Notes: generated by a model from the sequence alone, not told the origin. Shown: positions 24,610 through 32,003, counted from the first letter of the stretch. The stretch: 64,000 nucleotides of DNA from Candidatus Saccharimonadales bacterium (GCA_041600755.1 JBFIJL010000002.1:16850-80849), one strand, 5' to 3'. A program made the numbers and translations.

Positions 24610-26921
24610 TCGATCAGACTCAGCAAGGGGTCTTTTTTGTAATCGAGGGAACCGATGGTTCTGGAAAGGGTACGCAGTTCGCCAAGCTAAGCGAGCGACT
24701 CGCTTCAGAAGGTTACGATGTCGCTACTTTTGATTTTCCTCAATATGATCAACCGTCGAGCTATTTTGTGCAAAAATATCTAAACGGTAAATACGGTACC
24801 TCTGAAGAAGTTGGCCCATATACTGGATCTTTGTTTTACGCACTAGATAGATACGAAGCGAGTTTTAAAATTCGAGAAGCATTGAGTGCTGGAAAAGTGG
24901 TGCTTGCAAATAGATTCACTGGGTCAAATATGGCTCATCAAGGGACTAAATTTGACCACAGCGAGGAAAGAAGAGGCTATTTTATATGGCTAGATAACCT
25001 CGAATTCCAAATGTTAAATATTCCGAGACCTACGCAAAGCTACGTTTTACGTGTGCCGGCTACAATAGCCCAGAAGCTAGTAGATCAAAAAGATACTCGC
25101 AGTTACACTGACAAAAAGCGTGACATTCATGAGGCTGACCTGAAGCACATGGAAAAGTCTGTGCAAGTTTACGACGAACTTTGTGGCTTATTCCCTAAGG
25201 ACTTCAAGTCAATCGATTGTGTGCGCAACGACAGACTTCTCTCTATAGACCAAATTCATGAGCAGCTGTACTCGACTATTAGATCGAATCTTCCTAAGCC
25301 AAACCTCAAAAAGGAGCAAACTGTGTCTAAGAAAAATACCAATGAGTATCTTGCAAAAGACGAAGCTGGCTACAGTATCACACCTAAGGGCGAGGCATTT
25401 CTGGATAGCGCAGTCACCAGCACCACAGACAACGTCTACGCATTCACAGAAGAGCTGGGGCCATTGACTATTGCTGCCGCTATGGCGCGCTTGTCGCGAC
25501 GTGGTGACGATATGCGCATTACAATACTTGACGAATTCGCTGCAGCTGCCGGAAAAGACGAGAAGCTCTTAAAGCGGGTAATAACAGCGTACGGCGACGA
25601 CTCTGTACAGCAGCTTGTTGGACAACACGTTGTCATAGAGGACGCCAGCAACTTACTGACCAAAAAACTTGAGTGGGGAAGGCTGGCTAGCTATCTTGAT
25701 CAATCAACGCGCTACATTTACTTTGACCAAAAGGATCGTAATGGAAAGTATAAATACTATACGCCACAGCACTTTGACTCAAAAACAACCAAAGTATACG
25801 AAACGGCTATGGACTCAATTTTTGATCAGTACTCTGCAATTGTGCGTGAGCTTACGGACTACGTTCGCAGCAACGACAAGACACCAATATCCGATCGAGA
25901 TATTGCCTGGAAGGGCGCTACACGTGCGCAAGCATGCGACGCAGCACGTAATCTACTGCCAGTAGCCACAAAATCTACAGTAGGAATCTATGCTTCTGGT
26001 CAAGCACTCGAGAGCTTGATTATGCATCTGCAAGGTGATGAACTTCCAGAGGCTCAGATTACAGGTGACAAACTTCTAATACATGCCCGAAAAGTCATCC
26101 CTACATTTCTAGAACGTGCCGACAAGCCTGATCGCGGTGGAGCAACAATTGCGTACAACGCCACCACGAAGTCAAATGTTGCAAAATTAGCCTACGACAA
26201 TCTTCCTGAACAGCACGCACCCGAATCCCCGGCTGTTGCACTCTCTTCATATTGGCCAAAAAACGAACTAGATCTTGTTCCTGACATACTATACGAACAC
26301 AGTTCGTTATCACTTCAGGCAATCCAGGAAGCTGTCGCAACCTGGCCAATAGCAAAAAAGTACGAAGTTTTTGAAGCCTTCATTGGTGAACGACTTAATC
26401 GGCGCCACAAACCAGGAAGAGCCCTTGAAAAAGCTCACTACAGCTGGGATTTGGTGTGCGACTACGGAATCTTCCGCGACTTACAGCGTCATAGAATTGT
26501 CGATGATCTTAACTGGCAGCAATTATCGCCACGGTTTGGCTATGAAACACCACAGCTCATTGAAGACGCGGGGCTCAGTGACGCTTACGACGCCTGTTTT
26601 GATGAGAGCCTCAAGCTTTACAGTTTTATGCAGTCTGCTGGATATGCACTTGAGGCACAGTACGCCACATTGCTTGGACATAAGATGCGCTGGAAGATCA
26701 CCTATAATGCCAGAGAGGCCTTCCACCTGCACGAGCTGCGCACCAGTCCACAAGGTCATCCCGGTTATCGAAAACTAGTATTAGAAATGCATGAGAAACT
26801 GAGCGAAGTTCACCCAGTACTTGGCGAAGCTATGAAGTTCGTAAACAAAGGCGAGGACGAAACGCTAACTAGACTGGCCGCAGAACGATACACGCAATTC
26901 AAACTTAATCAGTTGAAATAA
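24606..26921 (+). CDS. Fusion protein: thymidylate kinase (N-terminal) plus a double-length ThyX-like flavin-dependent thymidylate synthase (C-terminal)
   Basis: N-terminus FFVIEGTDGSGKGTQ...LANRF..SN.AHQ is Tmk-like. The C-terminal ~520 aa carries LDQSTRYIYF and FRDLQRHRIVD (ThyX RHR/S-x-RY-type motifs). ATGA overlap with dcd. Confidence 0.75.
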   Translation: MIDQTQQGVFFVIEGTDGSGKGTQFAKLSERLASEGYDVATFDFPQYDQPSSYFVQKYLNGKYGTSEEVGPYTGSLFYALDRYEASFKIREALSAGKVVLANRFTGSNMAHQGTKFDHSEERRGYFIWLDNLEFQMLNIPRPTQSYVLRVPATIAQKLVDQKDTRSYTDKKRDIHEADLKHMEKSVQVYDELCGLFPKDFKSIDCVRNDRLLSIDQIHEQLYSTIRSNLPKPNLKKEQTVSKKNTNEYLAKDEAGYSITPKGEAFLDSAVTSTTDNVYAFTEELGPLTIAAAMARLSRRGDDMRITILDEFAAAAGKDEKLLKRVITAYGDDSVQQLVGQHVVIEDASNLLTKKLEWGRLASYLDQSTRYIYFDQKDRNGKYKYYTPQHFDSKTTKVYETAMDSIFDQYSAIVRELTDYVRSNDKTPISDRDIAWKGATRAQACDAARNLLPVATKSTVGIYASGQALESLIMHLQGDELPEAQITGDKLLIHARKVIPTFLERADKPDRGGATIAYNATTKSNVAKLAYDNLPEQHAPESPAVALSSYWPKNELDLVPDILYEHSSLSLQAIQEAVATWPIAKKYEVFEAFIGERLNRRHKPGRALEKAHYSWDLVCDYGIFRDLQRHRIVDDLNWQQLSPRFGYETPQLIEDAGLSDAYDACFDESLKLYSFMQSAGYALEAQYATLLGHKMRWKITYNAREAFHLHELRTSPQGHPGYRKLVLEMHEKLSEVHPVLGEAMKFVNKGEDETLTRLAAERYTQFKLNQLK

Positions 26922-27147
26922 CCTTATCAGGATCATGGCCAGAAGTTTCATCTACATCTGAAGTGACAGCACCTTCATTCGTGAAGGTAGCGCCAAAAAT
27001 TTTTTTGTCCAAGTCTATTAACTCAGAAGCTGATGTGAAGGCCGCGGCCACAGCCTCCTCGCCAATGTCTTTGGCACGGCTTCGAAGTGAAGATATTTCT
27101 CTTGAAATCCTCTGGATATCATCCGGTATTCGTTCAAAAAATTCCAT
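26905..27147 (-). CDS. Hypothetical acidic protein (80 aa)
   Basis: ATG (MEFFERIP...) lies 1 nt after the stop of the upstream 120-aa ORF. No motif recognised. Confidence 0.4.
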   Translation of the reverse strand: MEFFERIPDDIQRISREISSLRSRAKDIGEEAVAAAFTSASELIDLDKKIFGATFTNEGAVTSDVDETSGHDPDKVISTD

Positions 27148-27148
27148 A

Positions 27149-27511
27149 CTAACTAGCCGCATCAATAAATGCTTCAGTGCTGTAAGAGATCTGAAAAGCA
27201 GTAGTTTTACCGTCCATCTCGTAACTCAATTCTTCGAAGTAAAGCTTTTTACCGTCACCGTAAACAATGTAGTCTGTCTCTATTTCCGAAATTCCTATCA
27301 TATCCAAGAATAGATCATGAGCAATATCGTTTACGCCAACCCCACGACCATTGCCATCATATCCAGATAAATTAATTGGAAAAACTGCAGAAAACCTATC
27401 TTCCTCGCCGCATTCGTACTGGCGCAGACTATCACGAAGTCTAGCAGCCATGTATTCAGCTGCTTTCTCAGTGTCATTTACTGGGTTTAGGTAAATTTCT
27501 GCTGTGCTCAT
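27149..27511 (-). CDS. Hypothetical protein (120 aa)
   Basis: GAGGA RBS 5 nt upstream of the ATG. No motif recognised. Confidence 0.55.
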   Translation of the reverse strand: MSTAEIYLNPVNDTEKAAEYMAARLRDSLRQYECGEEDRFSAVFPINLSGYDGNGRGVGVNDIAHDLFLDMIGISEIETDYIVYGDGKKLYFEELSYEMDGKTTAFQISYSTEAFIDAAS

Positions 27512-27523
27512 AATTCCTCATAA

Positions 27524-27556
27524 AAAAACCGAATCTCTTGCTCGAGTTCGGTTTTT
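27524..27556. terminator. Hairpin flanked by A7 and T5 runs; on the minus strand it abuts the RBS of the 120-aa ORF
   Basis: Plus-strand sequence is AAAAACCGAA(T)CTC-ttgctc-GAGTTCGGTTTTT. On the minus strand the hairpin is followed by TTTTTTT, then ATGAGGAATTATG. Confidence 0.6.
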
Positions 27557-27676
27557 GTTTCTTGTCTTGATTTATCTAACCGCTACGAGCATTATGCGCA
27601 CATCTTGATGTAGCCACCCATTAGGTAACTTCGCAAGATTACGAAAATGTGTTGCAGTAGGGTTTTCACAACTCCA

Positions 27677-27705
27677 ACTTTACGCTAGCACCCCATTATT
27701 GTCAA
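27677..27705 (-). promoter_or_regulatory. Candidate promoter driving the 120-aa/80-aa gene pair
   Basis: Minus strand reads TTGACA, 17-nt spacer, TAAAGT. The predicted TSS is near 27670, giving a ~159-nt leader. Confidence 0.45.
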
Positions 27706-27935
27706 CCAGCACAAACCTAAAGTTAGGCTGTCGCCCCCTGGCATTTGACAGCAAATCGGCTTTAATGTAATTATTTACACAATATGAGCTCTTACGCGTA
27801 CTTATCATATCTCCTCCTCAGCCTTCCAAGGCTGTGCTTCGATTCAGTTGAAGCCTAGGTCAATAGACCTGAAGACACAGCCGCACAAACAAAAGGGCTT
27901 CAGCTAGACAGTTACTTATATATAAGGAGATTATT

Positions 27936-28127
27936 ATGGGGCAATCTTGGGAAAATTGGCATGAAATTGAGCATGAAAGCATAGATAATTATATAAAGCA
28001 GGATGCACAGCAGCCTATTACAGGATCTTCAGAGCGGACGAATTCACAAGATACTGTAGAGAGCGTTGCTGCACTGGGCGCTGTTGCTTCTCAGACCGCT
28101 AATAGCTCGCTTGACACGAAATCTTAG
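27936..28127 (+). CDS. Hypothetical small acidic protein (63 aa)
   Basis: ATG lies 6 nt after TAAGGAGA. No motif recognised. Confidence 0.4.
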   Translation: MGQSWENWHEIEHESIDNYIKQDAQQPITGSSERTNSQDTVESVAALGAVASQTANSSLDTKS

Positions 28128-28138
28128 CGGCGTATTAT
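28111..28138 (+). promoter_or_regulatory. Strong sigma-70-type promoter
   Basis: TTGACA, 16-nt spacer, TATTAT. Confidence 0.55.
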
Positions 28139-28145
28139 TACAGGC

Positions 28146-28252
28146 ATGACTCATCAATCAATCATTATCGTGATTAAGGAAAACCCTCAACAGCGGGCGT
28201 GAGTTTGTAATTTGCAAAAAAATCATAGCGGCCCCGCACAAGGGGTCGTTTT
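28146..28252 (+). promoter_or_regulatory. Leader region: 18-codon Ile-rich ORF followed by a terminator-like hairpin
   Basis: An ATG at the predicted TSS encodes MTHQSIIIVIKENPQQRA. The hairpin CGGCCCC-gcacaa-GGGGTCG (28229-28248) is followed by TTTTAAATTT, just before the RBS of the next ORF. Confidence 0.3.
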
Positions 28253-28271
28253 AAATTTAAGGAGAGAATCT

Positions 28272-28463
28272 ATGAGCGCAACAACAAGAATGCATGGAAG
28301 AACTGAGGAGCTACGAGAGCCAAGCTCTATATCGCCAGTTGACAATTGGCTTGAGCCTGAGCCATTGTCGCATGAAGATCGTTTACTGATATTGGGGCAA
28401 CACTGCGTAGAGAAAGCGCAGGGCACAGGCACTAGCCCTCAAGATCTAGAGACAACTGATTGA
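28272..28463 (+). CDS. Hypothetical small protein (63 aa)
   Basis: ATG lies 7 nt after AAGGAGAG, and is internal to track ORF 28212..28463. No motif recognised. Confidence 0.4.
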   Translation: MSATTRMHGRTEELREPSSISPVDNWLEPEPLSHEDRLLILGQHCVEKAQGTGTSPQDLETTD

Positions 28464-28488
28464 CACACATAGCATATTTTGCTATTAT
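28460..28488 (+). promoter_or_regulatory. Promoter of the rplJ-rplL operon
   Basis: TTGACA, 17-nt spacer, TATTAT. Confidence 0.6.
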
Positions 28489-28495
28489 TTCATCT

Positions 28496-28603
28496 GTTAC
28501 CAAAGACAGCGACTGCAGAAATGCTTAATTTGTCGCCGAGGTGTACGAAACAATTATTTCGACACTTTATCTAGAGCCTTTTGGTAACAAAAAGGCTCTT
28601 TTT
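28496..28603 (+). promoter_or_regulatory. Structured rplJ leader with alternative helix/terminator pairing (L10-leader-like attenuator)
   Basis: GTTACCAAA (28496-28504) is complementary to TTTGGTAAC (28580-28588). That segment overlaps the terminator AGAGCCTTTT-ggtaaca-AAAAGGCTCT (28573-28599), which is followed by TTTT. Two internal hairpins lie between. Confidence 0.5.
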
Positions 28604-28674
28604 AGTTACTTGGCCCAGGTCGATCCAAGCAACACACATTAATCAACCTACTCGGAAACAAGAGGAAGATATAC

Positions 28675-29199
28675 ATGGCTTTAACCAAAGCAAAAAAACA
28701 AGAAGTAATCGCTGAAGTTTCAGGTCTTTTAAACGACTCAAAGCTTACTGTAGTTGCTGCCTACAAGGGCACACCAGTAAAGGCGATGCAGGCACTACGT
28801 AAAGCCGGAAAAGAAAACGGAACCTCACTTAAAGTAGTGAAGAACCGTCTTGTTATCCAGGCGCTGAAGGCAACCGACACATTCAAAGATGCAGATACAT
28901 CTGCACTTGAAGGAATGTTGCTTTACGCGTTTAACAACGAAGACGAAGTTGCTCCTGCGAAAACATTGGCTGAATTTGCAAAGAAGCAGCCAACACTCGA
29001 GTTCATTGGAGCCTACAACGCTGCTGGTACATTCATGCCAGCCGAGGACGTAAAAGCCCTCGCAAGCTTGCCAAGCAAGAATGATCTTATTGCGCAGGTT
29101 GTGGCAACACTACTTGGGCCGGTCAACGACATTACAAATGGTTTGTCGGGCAACCTACATGCACTGCTTGATGGCGTAGAAGCCAAAGCCACAGCTTAA
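28675..29199 (+). CDS. rplJ: 50S ribosomal protein L10
   Basis: MALTKAKKQEVIAEVSGLLNDSKLTVVAAYKGTPVKAMQALRK is typical L10. Confidence 0.95.
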   Translation: MALTKAKKQEVIAEVSGLLNDSKLTVVAAYKGTPVKAMQALRKAGKENGTSLKVVKNRLVIQALKATDTFKDADTSALEGMLLYAFNNEDEVAPAKTLAEFAKKQPTLEFIGAYNAAGTFMPAEDVKALASLPSKNDLIAQVVATLLGPVNDITNGLSGNLHALLDGVEAKATA

Positions 29200-29285
29200 G
29201 CTGGGGCATAGGTGATAGGTGATAGATAGAATCTTGCATCACCCATAATCGTTAAACAATTAACTATAAATCGGAGAATATTAAA

Positions 29286-29666
29286 ATGGCAGACGTAAAA
29301 AAATTAGCAGAAAGCCTAACTAAGCTTACTGTTTTGGAAGTAAACGAACTAAAGACAATCCTAAAAGACGAGTACGGCATTGAGCCTGCTGCTGCAGCTG
29401 TTGCTGTTGCTGGCCCAGCTGCTGGTGGCGACGACGCTGGTGCTGGTGACGAGAAGAGCGAATACGACGTTGTTCTTAAAGATCCAGGTTCTCAGAAGGT
29501 TGCTGTTATCAAGGCTGTTAAAGACATCACTGGTCTTGGTCTTGGTGAAGCAAAAGCAATTGTTGACGGTGCTCCAAAAGCAGTTGTTGAAAAAGTTGCT
29601 AAAGACGAAGCTGAAGAAGCTAAGAAAAAGCTTGAAGAAGCTGGTGCTTCAGTCGACCTCGTATAA
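29286..29666 (+). CDS. rplL: 50S ribosomal protein L7/L12
   Basis: [18 protein letters not shown], an Ala/Gly hinge, then [28 protein letters not shown]. Confidence 0.95.
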   Translation: MADVKKLAESLTKLTVLEVNELKTILKDEYGIEPAAAAVAVAGPAAGGDDAGAGDEKSEYDVVLKDPGSQKVAVIKAVKDITGLGLGEAKAIVDGAPKAVVEKVAKDEAEEAKKKLEEAGASVDLV

Positions 29667-29685
29667 TAGCGAAGTCAAGCAAAAA

Positions 29686-29718
29686 AACCGCTTGGGAGCA
29701 ATCCCAGGCGGTTTTTTT
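29686..29718 (+). terminator. Intrinsic terminator after rplL
   Basis: AACCGCTTGGGA/TCCCAGGCGGTT 12-bp stem, 4-nt loop, T7 run. Confidence 0.8.
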
Positions 29719-29847
29719 AGGTTTAAGTCTGCGGCAGGAATATTGCAGTTTTCCACAGATTTCTTTATATTTTTGACTTGCAAAATAGAATATGATACTT
29801 TTATGCCAGAAGTGTGCAAAAATAAACCACTTTAGAGAGACAACAAA

Positions 29848-30360
29848 ATGGCGGAAGTACCAGAGAAACAAATAAAAAGACTGAAAGCTCTTTTGCAAGA
29901 ATCAGAGACATCTCTGGCTGCTGCAAAGGAACTTTTGTTGAGCCTTATTGGTGATGAGCCAGTTGCAGCAAGACTTGCTGGAGAAGATCAGCCACTTGGA
30001 AAAATTATTGAAGGCGTGTTTGACGGCCAAAACATGGTTGGTTCTGACGCCAAGACATACCCAGTTCCAGCTAACTACGCTAGTAAATCTAAGCTGGTTC
30101 AGGGTGACATCCTAAAGCTGACTATTTCTGATGACGGTTCATTCCTATATAAGCAGATTGGCCCAATTCCACGTAAGCAAGTGGTTGGAGAGCTTGTTCA
30201 AGAAAACGGACACTATATTGTAAAAGTAGGAGAACGGGAATTCCGAGTACTCCTTGCTAGCGTCACTTACTTCAAGGCTAAGCCTGGCGACCAAGTAAGC
30301 ATCAACATCCCAGAAGATGACACTCACGCCGAGTGGGCAGCGCTCGAAGCCGCACTCTAG
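29848..30360 (+). CDS. Hypothetical protein (170 aa)
   Basis: ORF with an N-terminal coiled-coil-like segment and a beta-rich C-terminus. No family recognised. Confidence 0.6.
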   Translation: MAEVPEKQIKRLKALLQESETSLAAAKELLLSLIGDEPVAARLAGEDQPLGKIIEGVFDGQNMVGSDAKTYPVPANYASKSKLVQGDILKLTISDDGSFLYKQIGPIPRKQVVGELVQENGHYIVKVGEREFRVLLASVTYFKAKPGDQVSINIPEDDTHAEWAALEAAL

Positions 30361-30456
30361 ATCTATAGATTACTGTTATTTGCAATGACCATTCGATAAA
30401 AGTAATCAAATAAACAACAGACTTACCTGCCCTGCGTAGCGTATACTCAATCGTAC

Positions 30457-31989
30457 ATGGGGCAGGCATTATACCGACAATATCGATCTAAGAATTTGGC
30501 TGAAATAGTTGGCCAGGAACACATTACACGCACGCTCGGCAATGCATTGGAAAAAGGCAAAGTTGGGCACGCCTACTTATTAACTGGGCCGCGTGGTGTC
30601 GGTAAAACCAGCATTGCTAGAATCCTGGCACATGAAATCAATGAACTACCTTACGACAAAGAGCAAGTACATCTGGACATTATAGAGATCGACGCAGCTA
30701 GTAATCGCCGAATTGACGAAATTCGAGATCTGCGCGACAAGGTACACGTTGCTCCGACCAGTGCGCAGTACAAGGTCTACATCATAGATGAGGTGCACAT
30801 GCTCACCAAGGAGGCCTTCAACGCACTACTCAAAACGCTTGAAGAACCACCAGCGCACGTAATCTTCATTCTTGCTACTACAGATGTTCATAAGCTGCCA
30901 GACACAATAATTAGCCGTACGCAACACTTTACCTTTAAGCCAATTCCTCTACTTAAAGTCGTAGAACACCTCAAAACAATTACCAAGACCGAGAAAATTA
31001 CGATTGATGACGGCGCCTTGGAGCTGATTGCAGCCCACGGTGGTGGCTCTTTTCGTGATAGCATTGGGCTCCTAGAGCAAGCTCGAGGACTTGGTGATTC
31101 CGTAACTGAGGATTTAGTACGTGACATGCTTGGGGTGCCGCCAGAAACTCTGATTGATCAGCTATATGATTCTGTGGCGAGCAATGACATGAAGCAGGTG
31201 ATAGAACTTATGAAACAGTTGCTTACCCAGGGGTATCTTGCAGAAGAAATAAGTAGCCAGCTCTCAGCTAAAATTCGTAACATGATAATAGTTGGCCAGG
31301 GAACTTCGGAAGCAGCAGCTCTACTCAAAGACTTATTAGATGTGCCGGTGTCGCGTGAGCCAGCAACTATGCTCGAGATTACCCTTCTATCCCATATGCA
31401 GCCAGCAACAGTAGCCTTGGAGCCAAAATCTCCAGCTACGAATCATAATAAGCCGAAGACCGAATCACGAGAACCAAAATCAGAACCCAAACCAGCACCA
31501 GTAAAAGAAACAGCAAAAGTAGAATCATCGCCCAAGGTAAGCAAGTTTGAATCTGAACCAGCGGCAACCAAAGAAACTGTTCAGTCAAAGCCTGACAAAG
31601 AATCTTCCTCGCAAGGGCCTGCCAGCCCGCCAACTAAAGGAACGTCGATTGTAGACGAGTCAGTGTGGGAGGCGGTGCTCTCGCGTCTCAAGAAGACTCA
31701 CAGCACGCTATACAGTGTAGGGCGCATGGCTACATTTGACAGCGACGGGCAAAACATCACCCTTACGTTTGGATTTGCTTTTCATAAGAAGCGGATGGAA
31801 AGCACTAAGCATAAAACAATTATCACCGATTTAATCCATGAAATTGCCGGCACAAAGCCAGTCATTACTTGTCTTGTGGTTGAAAAAAAAGAAGAAAAAC
31901 CTGTAAAAATCCTGAAGCCAGAGCCAAAATCTGACCATCTATCAGACATAAGCAATATCTTCGGTGGCGCAGAAGTGCTAGAATCCTAA
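30457..31989 (+). CDS. dnaX: DNA polymerase III gamma/tau subunit
   Basis: GPRGVGKTS Walker A, IIDEVHMLT, LLKTLEEPPAHVIFILATT, and a SRT box. Confidence 0.9.
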   Translation: MGQALYRQYRSKNLAEIVGQEHITRTLGNALEKGKVGHAYLLTGPRGVGKTSIARILAHEINELPYDKEQVHLDIIEIDAASNRRIDEIRDLRDKVHVAPTSAQYKVYIIDEVHMLTKEAFNALLKTLEEPPAHVIFILATTDVHKLPDTIISRTQHFTFKPIPLLKVVEHLKTITKTEKITIDDGALELIAAHGGGSFRDSIGLLEQARGLGDSVTEDLVRDMLGVPPETLIDQLYDSVASNDMKQVIELMKQLLTQGYLAEEISSQLSAKIRNMIIVGQGTSEAAALLKDLLDVPVSREPATMLEITLLSHMQPATVALEPKSPATNHNKPKTESREPKSEPKPAPVKETAKVESSPKVSKFESEPAATKETVQSKPDKESSSQGPASPPTKGTSIVDESVWEAVLSRLKKTHSTLYSVGRMATFDSDGQNITLTFGFAFHKKRMESTKHKTIITDLIHEIAGTKPVITCLVVEKKEEKPVKILKPEPKSDHLSDISNIFGGAEVLES

Positions 31990-32003
31990 GCAAAGAGGGA
32001 AGT

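Noticed and set aside
27780-27815. 11-codon minus-strand ORF (MISTRKSSYCV) behind a perfect GGAGGAG
   Set aside because: It lies upstream of the predicted minus-strand promoter. The GGAGGAG is the complement of the plus-strand anti-SD CTCCTCC, which is the more economical explanation.
27560-27935. The 424-nt non-coding region as tmRNA, RNase P RNA or 6S RNA
   Set aside because: There is no tRNA-like end (TTCGA..CCA), no RNase P conserved regions, and no long closing helix with a central bubble. It is better explained as two divergent promoters with long leaders.
29380-29835. 151-aa plus-strand ORF in an alternative frame of rplL
   Set aside because: It overlaps the well-supported L7/L12 frame and runs through the rplL terminator. 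The Leu-rich translation is typical of an off-frame artefact.
30361-30456. SRP (4.5S/scRNA) gene, often found just upstream of dnaX
   Set aside because: There is no GNAR-capped helix-8-like motif (…GGUCC-GGAA-GGAAGCAGCC…) here or in the other long spacers I read. Not supported.
31884-31905. A-run (GAAAAAAAAGAAG) in dnaX as a programmed -1 frameshift site producing gamma
   Set aside because: It lies at ~93% of the ORF, so a shift would remove only ~30 residues. No downstream stimulatory hairpin was noticed. It is probably just Lys/Glu codons.
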